A stretch of DNA of 64,000 nt from an uncultured delta proteobacterium (GTDB lineage: Bacteria > Myxococcota_A > Polyangia > Fen-1088). Numbering within the stretch: position 1 is the stretch's first letter; each line of letters opens with the position of its first letter. The stretch spans positions 160,001-224,000 of the forward strand of contig CAVYGB010000008.1 in NCBI GenBank assembly GCA_963767925.1, given 5' to 3'. Position numbers and translations under genes: made by a program. Shown here piece by piece: positions 13,325-21,445 of this stretch. Below the pieces are notes generated by a model. The model was not told the origin of the DNA, searched no databases, and saw only the letters and a list, made by a program, of their open reading frames with translations.

Positions 13325-14298
13325 CGCGGCTCCCCCAGGCCGAGGTCCTCCAGCCAGGCGCGGACCGAGCCCTCGACGCGGGCGAGGGCGGGGGCGCCCG
13401 CCGGCCCCCAGAAGCTGGCCAGCGCCGCCGTCGCCTCGCGGGCCGGCGGCAGCCAGGTCCGCACCCAGCCCTGCAAGGTGGCCTGGTTGTCGGCCGACTC
13501 GGCCGCCACCAGCCGCACCAGCGCCGCTGCCCAGGCCCGGTGCCAGCGGCCGTCTTCGGCCAGCGAGGCGAGGATCTCCCCGAGGAAGAAGTCCTGCCGG
13601 TCGCGGGCCAGGGTGGCCAGCTCATCGAGGGCGAGCTGGTCGAGCAGGGGCTTGAGGCAGAGGCAGAGGGCCACGAACGATTCGCCCCAGTCGTAGCGGA
13701 CCAGGCCTTGTTCGAGCGTGCGCCGCAGGGGCTGCCAGACGGGAGCTTCCTGCCAGTCGCCGAGGGCGGCGCCGGCAAACCCGGGCCCGGTGTGGCGGAG
13801 CTGCCCCAGGCGGTGGGCGATGCGGTGGATCCGCCGCATCTCGTCCGCCGCCTGGAACATGGCCACCAGGGTGAGGCGCCCGCTGGGCGCCATCTGGCCG
13901 ACGTAGGCGGCCTGCATCTGCAACCCATGCCAGAAGTAACGCAGGGGCGACAGGAGGCCATCGAGCAACGCCCGCCACTCGGGCGCCAGCTTGCGATCGT
14001 GGTCGGTGCTCTCGATCGAGCTCATGAGCGCGTCGAGGTGCCGCTCGCGATCGGCCTGCAGAGAGGTGTAAGAGGAGTAGGTTGTCTCGCGGGGATCGGC
14101 GAAGCGTTCCCAGTCGGTGCAGCGCAGGGCCGCCTCTCGCTGGTACCGCTGATAAAAAGGTCCCAGCGGGACGTCGATCGCGAAGCCCCGCTCGACGTGA
14201 TAGAGCAGGCGCGAGCTGACGATGTCGTATTCGCTCGGCACCTTCCGGCGCTGCTCCAGGTGCGAATAGGTGCGCAGGGGCGGGATGGTCCGGCTCAC
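13321..14298 (-). CDS. tmoE: SDIMO hydroxylase beta subunit (TmoE/IsoE-like)
   Basis: PLRTYSHL..RKVPSEYDIVS, W..FADP..TY..Y...Q, FQAADEMR, W...PVWQPLRR..E..L..YDWGESF. Confidence 0.88.
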   Translation of the reverse strand: MSRTIPPLRTYSHLEQRRKVPSEYDIVSSRLLYHVERGFAIDVPLGPFYQRYQREAALRCTDWERFADPRETTYSSYTSLQADRERHLDALMSSIESTDHDRKLAPEWRALLDGLLSPLRYFWHGLQMQAAYVGQMAPSGRLTLVAMFQAADEMRRIHRIAHRLGQLRHTGPGFAGAALGDWQEAPVWQPLRRTLEQGLVRYDWGESFVALCLCLKPLLDQLALDELATLARDRQDFFLGEILASLAEDGRWHRAWAAALVRLVAAESADNQATLQGWVRTWLPPAREATAALASFWGPAGAPALARVEGSVRAWLEDLGLGEPR

Positions 14299-14594
14299 GT
14301 CCAGAAGGCCTCCTCCTGGGACATCGAGAGGGTCCCGGCGAAGGAGACCATCACCTCCTCGAGATCGGCCGGCAGGTGAAAGCTCTCGCCCAGGTGTCGC
14401 TCGACCGCCGAGCGGGTGAGGTGGCAGCGATATTTGACCAGCACGCGCAGGTAGGCCCCCCGATCGATGACCTCCACCTCGCCGTTCAGCTCGCGGATGG
14501 CGGCCAGCACCGCCTGGCTGCGGGGGCCGGCCGAGAGGACCGGCCCCACCACCGCCGTCGCCCCGCCTTCACCGGCTGGAGCTGTCCGCCCCAT
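14295..14594 (-). CDS. tmoD: SDIMO effector/coupling protein (TmoD/MmoB/DmpM family); start uncertain (14594 or 14615)
   Basis: VGPVL..G....AVLAAIRELN..VEVIDRGAYLRV......LTR..VE..LG..F.LP.DLE..MVSFAG. Confidence 0.88.
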   Translation of the reverse strand: MGRTAPAGEGGATAVVGPVLSAGPRSQAVLAAIRELNGEVEVIDRGAYLRVLVKYRCHLTRSAVERHLGESFHLPADLEEVMVSFAGTLSMSQEEAFWT

Positions 14595-14892
14595 CGACGT
14601 CGATCCAGATGGCATCGTCTTGCACCTTTACTTCGAAGCGCCGGAGGGCGACTTTCCGGGGGTTGAGGCCCGCGCCGGTGCGGGCGTCGTATTGCCACTC
14701 GTGGGCCGCGCAGGTCAGGGTGGTCCCCACCAGCCGCCCCCGGTGCAGCGGAAACGCCTGATGCGGGCAGCGGTCGGAGAAGGCGCTCACCTGGCCGAGG
14801 GTGTTGATCAGCACGACCGGCTGTTCCGCCACCGAGCAGGGGCGCATCTCTCCCTCCCACAGCTCGTCCAGGGCGCAGACCCGCCGGAGCAT
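14569..14892 (-). CDS. tmoC: Rieske [2Fe-2S] ferredoxin (TmoC-like)
   Basis: LDELWEGEM, CPHQ...CAAHEWQYD (CxH...CxxH); TGATG overlap with the gamma subunit. Confidence 0.9.
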   Translation of the reverse strand: MLRRVCALDELWEGEMRPCSVAEQPVVLINTLGQVSAFSDRCPHQAFPLHRGRLVGTTLTCAAHEWQYDARTGAGLNPRKVALRRFEVKVQDDAIWIDVDGADSSSR

Positions 14893-15131
14893 CAGGGCGT
14901 CTCCTCCACGACGTCGATGCGGTCGAGCGGTCCGATCTCGGCCTCCTGGACGGTGGTGCCCGCCGGCAGGCGGCGCCCGCGATGGATCACAACCGGACGG
15001 GCCAGGGGAGCTACCCGTACGGAAGCGGCGGACTGGAGCTTGTGGCACAAGGTGGCGGTGTCGTCCTCGGGCTGGGCGAGCACGAGCATCCCGATCGTGT
15101 CGCCGGCCAGAAAGCCGTAAAGGGGGATCAC
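14892..15131 (-). CDS. tmoB: SDIMO hydroxylase gamma subunit (TmoB-like, 79 aa)
   Basis: GTG overlapping the alpha stop (GTGA); IPLYGFLAGD....LVL....D...TVQEAEIGPLDRIDV. Confidence 0.8.
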   Translation of the reverse strand: MIPLYGFLAGDTIGMLVLAQPEDDTATLCHKLQSAASVRVAPLARPVVIHRGRRLPAGTTVQEAEIGPLDRIDVVEETP

Positions 15132-16606
15132 CGCTCTCCCCGATCGATGAACCCGTAGCGCCCGCCGTGGGCGTCTTTGCCCCAGGAGTGGTAGTCGAGG
15201 CCGAAGTACTCCCGGAGCATCGCCACCAGGTTGGCGGGGGCCTCCCCCGCGAGCACCCGCCGCACGACGTCCTTGTGCCGCTTGTAGCGCTCGGGCTGGC
15301 TCTCGAAGATGACCCGGCAGGGCTCCGAGCAGAAGATGAGCCGCTGGCCCTCCCGGTCCACCACGACGGCGCTGTTGTGGCCCGGCCGCCCGCCGCACAG
15401 CACGAGCTGGCACAGGCAGCAGAAGGTCACGATGGCCGATCCGTGCACGGCGAAGTCGTTGCCCGGGTCGGCCTTCTGCCAGCGGGAGGTGATGCGCGAC
15501 CAGACCGGATCGAGCTCCGGCCAGGAGCCGGGGTACTTGCGGCGCAGCCAGGCCCGCTCCTCGGGGCCGGGCAACACGAAGTTGAACCAGACCGAGGCCC
15601 GGTAGGTGTAGGCGCTCGCGTAGACCATGTGGTGGTAGTAGTCGAGCGACTCGAGGAAGGTGTCCCAGTACCAGGGTTTGCGCAGGCCGTGCTGCTCGAG
15701 GGCGGGCACGAACTGGCCGATCACCCACTCCTGCATGAACTCCTTGAAGGACTGGGTGCGGGCGTGCAGGGGGGTCAGGTAGTCCATGCTGAAGCCGGTG
15801 ACCACCGCGAACATCAGCCAGCTCCGCCAGAACCACTTGTCGATGAGCTGCTGAGCGTACTCCCGATCGTGCTCCACCACGATGCGCAGCACCGCCGAGC
15901 CGATCTGGGCGTGGCGGGCCTCGTCGGTCTGGATGCTGGTCACCATCTTCTCGAACATCTTGTCGCCCGCGCCGTGGGCCATCGCCGCCAGCCCCACGAA
16001 CTGCAGGTTGGTGAACCCGGTCTCGAAGACGAAGTGGGTGGCGATGGCGAACTCGATGGCGTCGCAGCCGAGCAGCAGCTCGTCGGTGAGGTGACGGGCG
16101 GCGATCGCTACCCAGTTGTTGGAGTGGTAAAAGCGCCAGGTCCAGTCGAACTGGCGATCCCAGCCCACCAGCTCGTGCATGAGCAGCAGGGGGATCTGGG
16201 TGTGGCGGAACTCGTCGAGCGCGCCCAGCAGTGAGGTGCTGCGCCAGGCGCTGCTGCGCCCGAAGCGGGCGCCCCGCAGATTGCCGATCACCGCGGCGAA
16301 CTCGGCCAGGGGCAAGGTGGCGGCGTGCAGCTTCAGCCCGTTGACCCACTCGGGCGCCAGCTTGGCGTAGTCGTCGGGCTTGCCGAGGGCGTCGCGAACC
16401 GCGTAGACCGAGGCGTCCTTGTCGCGCTGCTTGATGACGTATTCGGCGTAGTGCGTCCGGTAAGGCTCCTGCCAGCCGGCCCAGTCGGCGGCGGGCAGCC
16501 AGGGCTGCCCGGACAGCGCCGCCGGGAAGACCTCCTCCTCGCGCACGTAGGAGAACCGCCAGTCGAGCTGACCGGCCAGATCGAGCCAGACGTCGCGTCC
16601 CAGCAC
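15128..16606 (-). CDS. tmoA: SDIMO hydroxylase alpha subunit (TmoA/XamoA/IsoA-like) with C-terminal YHS-like domain
   Basis: Di-iron ligands E102, DE132FRH135, FE195TGFTN, QTDE229ARH232; SMDYLTP..R..SFKEFM.EW; KPWYWD. Confidence 0.93.
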   Translation of the reverse strand: MLGRDVWLDLAGQLDWRFSYVREEEVFPAALSGQPWLPAADWAGWQEPYRTHYAEYVIKQRDKDASVYAVRDALGKPDDYAKLAPEWVNGLKLHAATLPLAEFAAVIGNLRGARFGRSSAWRSTSLLGALDEFRHTQIPLLLMHELVGWDRQFDWTWRFYHSNNWVAIAARHLTDELLLGCDAIEFAIATHFVFETGFTNLQFVGLAAMAHGAGDKMFEKMVTSIQTDEARHAQIGSAVLRIVVEHDREYAQQLIDKWFWRSWLMFAVVTGFSMDYLTPLHARTQSFKEFMQEWVIGQFVPALEQHGLRKPWYWDTFLESLDYYHHMVYASAYTYRASVWFNFVLPGPEERAWLRRKYPGSWPELDPVWSRITSRWQKADPGNDFAVHGSAIVTFCCLCQLVLCGGRPGHNSAVVVDREGQRLIFCSEPCRVIFESQPERYKRHKDVVRRVLAGEAPANLVAMLREYFGLDYHSWGKDAHGGRYGFIDRGER

Positions 16607-16626
16607 CAGGACAAGCCCCCCGTCGC

Positions 16627-16632
16627 ATTATA
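16627..16632 (-). promoter_or_regulatory. Candidate sigma70-type -10 box (TATAAT) of the SDIMO operon
   Basis: Perfect TATAAT 20 nt upstream of the alpha start in a very GC-rich context; no recognisable -35. Confidence 0.45.
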
Positions 16633-16774
16633 CCCACGCGGATCCCCTCGCCGCTTCGATCCCGTCCGGCAAGGAGGAGTCCAGTCCGCACCGTACGGGG
16701 TGCTCACTCGTCGGGGTCGGGTGGTCTCCTGGTCCTCCTTTTGGTCTGCCTTGTGCCGTAGTAGAAGACCCCAC

Positions 16775-18502
16775 ATGAAGAGCCCCGCGGTCGCGGCCGT
16801 GCCCCGTCGTGTCTGCCGCTTTCTGTCCTGCTGCACGCTGACGTTCCTCGTCGTCCTGCCGAACGTCCTGCCGAACGTGGCGACAGCCGCGCCCAAGGCT
16901 CCTCCGGCGCCCAAGCTCGTCGTCCTGCTGGCGGTCGATCAGATGCGCGGCGACTACATCGAGCGCTACGGCGGCACCTGGAAACACGGCCTGCGCACCC
17001 TCGTGGATCGGGGGGCCCTGTTTCGCAAGGCCCGCTTCCCCTACCTCGCCACCGTGACCTGCCCGGGCCACGTCACCCTCGGCACCGGCGCTTACCCCCA
17101 CACCCACGGAATGGTCCTCAACGGCTGGTGGGACCGGGCCCAGAACAAGCTTGTCGAGTGCACCGCCGACCCCAGCTCGGCCATCGTTTCGTACGGGGAG
17201 TCGCGGGCCCGCAACGGGGACAGCGCGAAGAACATGCTGGTCCCCACCCTGGCCGACGAGATGAAGGCCCAGCTCACCCCGACCCCCCGGGTCGTGTCGT
17301 TTTCGCACAAGGCCCGCTCGGCCATCGGCCTCGCCGGGCACAAGCCGGACCTCGTCACCTGGTACGAGGACGGCGGCTGGGTCACCGCCCAGGCCTTCAC
17401 CGCCGAGCCCAGCCCGGTGGTGGCCAAGCTGATCAAGGACAACCCCATCGACGCCGTGATGGGCAGCGCCTGGGAGAAGATCCTCCCCGCGGCCGCCTAC
17501 AAATACAGCGACGACGCGCCCGAGGAGCCCTCTTCCTCCCAGTGGACGCGCACCTTCCCCAAGACGCTGGTCTACGCCAACGCCACCACCACCCCCGGCA
17601 ACCCCGCGGCCGCCTCCGGCTCCCGGCGCTATTCGCTGTGGGAGCGCAGCCCGCTGCCCGACGATCTGCTGGGTCGGTTCGCCGCGGGCGCCATCACCGA
17701 GCTGAAGCTCGGCCAGGGGCCCGGCACCGATTTCCTGGCGGTCAGCTTCTCCGCCCTCGACACCGTGGGGCACGCCTACGGCCCCCTCAGCCACGAGGTG
17801 CAGGACGTGCTCGCCCGCCTCGACCGGGTGCTGGGCAAGCTCCTCGAGACGCTCGACAAGCAGGTGGGGCGCGGCAAATACGTCCTGGCCCTCAGCGCCG
17901 ATCACGGCGTGGCCGTGTACCCCGAACGCCTCAAGGCCGAGGGCAAAGACGCCGGCCGGATCGCCATGCGCGAGCTGGCCGAGAAGGTCAACGCCGCGCT
18001 GGAGGAGGAGATCGGCCCCGGCAAACACATCGCGACCATCAGCTACACCGACGTCTACTTCGCGCCGGGCGTGCTCGAGAAGCTCGAGGCCAAGCCGGGC
18101 GCGGTCGACCGGGTCAAGGCGGTGGCGGCCGGGCTGGCCGGGGTGGCGGCGGTGTTCTCCACCCGCGAGCTCCGGGATCTGGCCCGAGCCACCGATCCCA
18201 CCCAGCGGGCCGCCACCCTCAGCCACTACGCGGGCCGCAGCGGCGACCTGATCGTCGTGCCGAAGAGCAACTGGCTCAACACCAGCGCCGGCACCACCCA
18301 CGGCACGCCGTACGACTACGATCAGCACGTGCCGGTGCTGTTTTACGGGGCTGGCATCCGCCGGGGAAAGTACGACGTTCCGGCCAGCCCCGCGGACATC
18401 GCGCCCACCCTGGGCAGCCTGGTGGGCGTCACCCTGGGCAAGGCCGAGGGGACCGTGCTGAAGCAGGCCCTGCTCAAGCCGCCTGCTGCGCCCCGGCCCT
18501 GA
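16775..18502 (+). CDS. PafA-like alkaline phosphatase superfamily enzyme
   Basis: Signal peptide; AVDQMRGDY, TVTCPGH (Thr nucleophile), DTVGHAYG, SADHG, THG. Confidence 0.88.
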   Translation: MKSPAVAAVPRRVCRFLSCCTLTFLVVLPNVLPNVATAAPKAPPAPKLVVLLAVDQMRGDYIERYGGTWKHGLRTLVDRGALFRKARFPYLATVTCPGHVTLGTGAYPHTHGMVLNGWWDRAQNKLVECTADPSSAIVSYGESRARNGDSAKNMLVPTLADEMKAQLTPTPRVVSFSHKARSAIGLAGHKPDLVTWYEDGGWVTAQAFTAEPSPVVAKLIKDNPIDAVMGSAWEKILPAAAYKYSDDAPEEPSSSQWTRTFPKTLVYANATTTPGNPAAASGSRRYSLWERSPLPDDLLGRFAAGAITELKLGQGPGTDFLAVSFSALDTVGHAYGPLSHEVQDVLARLDRVLGKLLETLDKQVGRGKYVLALSADHGVAVYPERLKAEGKDAGRIAMRELAEKVNAALEEEIGPGKHIATISYTDVYFAPGVLEKLEAKPGAVDRVKAVAAGLAGVAAVFSTRELRDLARATDPTQRAATLSHYAGRSGDLIVVPKSNWLNTSAGTTHGTPYDYDQHVPVLFYGAGIRRGKYDVPASPADIAPTLGSLVGVTLGKAEGTVLKQALLKPPAAPRP

Positions 18503-18503
18503 C

Positions 18504-19643
18504 TCATCCCCGCAGGGCGTGGACCAGGAGGCTGGTGGCCGCGCCCCCCAGCACGAGGTAGGCCGAGCTGGTCCGCCGCCACAGGAGGAGAGCCAGCGCC
18601 GCGGCGGCGAGCACCGCGGTCAGCGGGTCGACGATGGCGGCGCGGCCGAGCTCCCAGGAGACGACGGCCATGGCCGCCAGCGAGCCGACGTTCACCCCGT
18701 CGAGCAGCGCGCTCGCGGTGGGCGACCGGCGCAAGCGGGGGATCAATGGCGCGCTCGCGGCCACGAACACGAAGGCGGGCAGGAAGATCGCCACCGTGGC
18801 CAGGCTGGCGCCCGCCCCTCCGCCCAGCAGGTAGCCGATGAAGGTGGCGCTGGTCGAGACCGGTCCGGGGGTCATCTGACCCACCGCCACCGCGTCGATG
18901 AGCTGCGCCTCGCTCAGCCAGCCGGTCCGCTCGACGAAGTCGGCGCGCAGGAAGGCCAGCAACACGTAGCCGCTGCCGAAGAGGACCGAGCCGATCTTGA
19001 GGAAGATGAGGAAGAGCGCGCCCAGGTCGAAGCCCGGCGGGGCCGCCCCACCGGCCGCCAGCGCCAGCGGGAGGGGCAGGGCGATGAGAGACGCGGCCGG
19101 CCCGGGCGTTCCCCGCCGGCGCGCCAGGGCGGGCGCCGCCGCGACCAGCCCGGCGCCGAAGATCACGAGCAGCTCGTGCACCCCGAGGGCCGCCGCCCCG
19201 GTGGCGGCCAGGGCCAGCGCCGCCAGCCAGCGGGTCCTGAGCGCGGTCCGCCCGAGGGTCCCCACCGCCTGGGCAACGACCGCGATGATGACCGGCTTGA
19301 TGCCGTACAGGGCGGCCTCGGCCCGGGGCAGGCGGCCGTAGCGCTGGTAGGCCCAGGCCAGGGCCAGCACCAGCACGAACGAAGGGAGGATGAAGCAGAC
19401 CCCGCCGAGGATCAGCCCCCTCCAGCCCGCCCGCTCGCGGCCCAGGTGGATGGCCAGCTCGGTCGAGTTGGGGCCCGGGATCAGGTTGGTGGCCCCCAGC
19501 AGATCGAGGAACCGGTCGCGCGAGAGCCAGCCCCGCTTGCCGACCAGCTCGTCCTCCATGAGGGCGACGTGGGCGGCCGGTCCTCCGAAACCGAGCAGGC
19601 CCAGCTTCAGGAAGGTGAGCGCCACCTCGCCGAGCGCGCCCAC
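18504..19643 (-). CDS. chrA: Chromate efflux transporter (long-chain CHR)
   Basis: GFGGPAAH, PGPNSTE, FGSGY, QMTPGP duplicated CHR motifs. Confidence 0.92.
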   Translation of the reverse strand: MGALGEVALTFLKLGLLGFGGPAAHVALMEDELVGKRGWLSRDRFLDLLGATNLIPGPNSTELAIHLGRERAGWRGLILGGVCFILPSFVLVLALAWAYQRYGRLPRAEAALYGIKPVIIAVVAQAVGTLGRTALRTRWLAALALAATGAAALGVHELLVIFGAGLVAAAPALARRRGTPGPAASLIALPLPLALAAGGAAPPGFDLGALFLIFLKIGSVLFGSGYVLLAFLRADFVERTGWLSEAQLIDAVAVGQMTPGPVSTSATFIGYLLGGGAGASLATVAIFLPAFVFVAASAPLIPRLRRSPTASALLDGVNVGSLAAMAVVSWELGRAAIVDPLTAVLAAAALALLLWRRTSSAYLVLGGAATSLLVHALRG

Positions 19644-19647
19644 CGGC

Positions 19648-20136
19648 TCAGCCGATCTCCTCGAAGAAGCCCAGGTCGCGGTTCTTTCGCACGTTGTTCC
19701 AGAGAAAATAGCGCCCGTTCATGGCGACGTAGGTGCCAGGTGGCAAGGCCTGGGCGAAGGCGAGGGCGCTGCCGAGGTTGAACAGCCCGTCCGAGCTGCC
19801 AAAGGTATAGGGGATCATGGCCCCGGTGAGCACGACCGTCTTGTTCAGCCCGGCCTGGCCCAGGGCCCGGGCGGTCAGCTCCATGGTGTCGGTGCCGTGG
19901 GTGATGACGATCCGCTCGGCCGGCGCCGCCCGACAGGCGTCGACGATCTGCGCCCGGTCGGCCTCGGTCATGTCGAGGCTGTCGATCAGCATCAGCGTCT
20001 GCACGTCGACCTTCAGGCCGCAGCGGCCCAGGGCCAGCATCTCCGGCACCCGGGTCTCGGCGAAGTAGAGCTTTCCCCCGATCTCGTCGTAGTCCTTGTC
20101 GAAGGTGCCGCCGGTTACCAGGATCCGGACTTCCAT
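19648..20136 (-). CDS. Short asparaginase N-terminal-domain protein (162 aa)
   Basis: TGGTFDK, DSLDM, ITHGTDTM, VLTGAM. Confidence 0.85.
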   Translation of the reverse strand: MEVRILVTGGTFDKDYDEIGGKLYFAETRVPEMLALGRCGLKVDVQTLMLIDSLDMTEADRAQIVDACRAAPAERIVITHGTDTMELTARALGQAGLNKTVVLTGAMIPYTFGSSDGLFNLGSALAFAQALPPGTYVAMNGRYFLWNNVRKNRDLGFFEEIG

Positions 20137-20260
20137 CGGCGCATCATAACGTCCGTCGACGGGTCCCTGGGTCCGGGCGGGGAAAAAAACAAGTGACTTT
20201 CTTGCCAGCCGCTCTGGCTGGTGTTTGATGGAAAAAAGAGCGGGGCCTGCGGAGGTAGGC

Positions 20261-21262
20261 ATGAGCAACACGCTGTGCATGAAAGTCGACGACCAGCTGG
20301 CGACGCCGATCGGCGAGGAAACTCTGGATGAATCGATCCCGCAGGCGGACGACCCGGAGCCTCTGGCGGCGGCCGAGCCGGCGCGGGCGGTGACCGGGGA
20401 GGTCGCCACGCCCGAGCCCGAAGGATCGATCGTCCTGCACGAGTCGCTCCTCCGGGAGCCGACCGTCGACGAGCCGGACCCCGAGATCGCCGCCGCGATC
20501 GCCGCGATCCAGTCCGCGCCGGTTGCCACCGCCCTGGCGGTCGCCACCGCGGTCGAGACGCCCGAGGAGCCGGTCCCCGAGGGCAACCCCCGGGGCGGCA
20601 CCTCCGAGGTTCGCCAGTTCATCGCCATGCTCCGGAGCGAGCGCAAGGCCCGGGTGCGCACCCGCCGGCTCAAACGGCTGGGCTGGGTGGTGGCCGCCGC
20701 CGGCGCCGCCGGCTGGCTGGCCGCCCGATCGAGCGACCCCTCCGAGGGCGGGGTGGCCGCCGGCCCTCCGGCCGCGCTGGCCACCGTCACCGAGAGCTTG
20801 CCCCCGGTGGCCTTCGAGGTCGACCCGGCGGGCGCACTGCTGGCGCCCGCGAGCGCCGAGCCGCTCGGCGAGCCCGCCCAGTGCCAGGCGCACTTCGCCC
20901 AGCAGCGATGGCGCTCGGCGGTCGAGAGCTGCACCCGCGTCTTCGAGCAGGCGCCTGCCGCGGCCCTGGCGCTCCGGATCGCCCACGCCCACTACTCACG
21001 GGGTCAGGCCACGCCGGCCGGGTTCTGGGCGCGCACCGCGCTCGGCCTCGGCACCAAGGACGCCGACGCCTTCGTGTTGATCGGCCACTCCGAGCGCGAG
21101 GCGGGCCACACCCAGAACGCCGTCGACGCTTACCAGAAATACCTGCAGGCCTCGCCGCGGGGCTGGCACGCCAAGCGGCTGCGCGCAGCGCTCCGCGAGC
21201 TGAAACCCCGCCCCGCCTACCGCCAGCCCTCCGCGCGTCGAGACACCCGCCCCCCGGCCTGA
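20261..21262 (+). CDS. Hypothetical membrane-anchored TPR protein
   Basis: GGAGG RBS; acidic disordered N-terminus; one hydrophobic segment; TPR-like C-terminus (AVDAYQKYLQASPRG). Confidence 0.65.
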   Translation: MSNTLCMKVDDQLATPIGEETLDESIPQADDPEPLAAAEPARAVTGEVATPEPEGSIVLHESLLREPTVDEPDPEIAAAIAAIQSAPVATALAVATAVETPEEPVPEGNPRGGTSEVRQFIAMLRSERKARVRTRRLKRLGWVVAAAGAAGWLAARSSDPSEGGVAAGPPAALATVTESLPPVAFEVDPAGALLAPASAEPLGEPAQCQAHFAQQRWRSAVESCTRVFEQAPAAALALRIAHAHYSRGQATPAGFWARTALGLGTKDADAFVLIGHSEREAGHTQNAVDAYQKYLQASPRGWHAKRLRAALRELKPRPAYRQPSARRDTRPPA

Positions 21263-21325
21263 CCGTCGCTCGCCGCGTCCAGCCCGTCGCGTTGGCAGCG
21301 GCCGTCGGCCGCGACCCGACCGCTG

Positions 21326-21350
21326 GAACAAATCCCCGCGCCGCCCGTTA
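21326..21350 (+). promoter_or_regulatory. Candidate ECF-sigma promoter GAACAAA-N13-CGTTA upstream of the M28 peptidase
   Basis: Same motif and spacing as at 23285-23310. Confidence 0.5.
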
Positions 21351-21445
21351 CCGGGTTTGCCGGGGGATTTCGGTCGTGAAAGGTAGGCGGCGAAGGTACG
21401 CTCCCGGCTCGTCGGACAGTTCAGCCAGCCAGCCGGGGGTCGACC

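Noticed and set aside
15128..16606. Soluble methane/propane monooxygenase or phenol hydroxylase
   Set aside because: The gene order, Rieske ferredoxin and TmoB-type gamma subunit indicate the four-component aromatic/alkene type.
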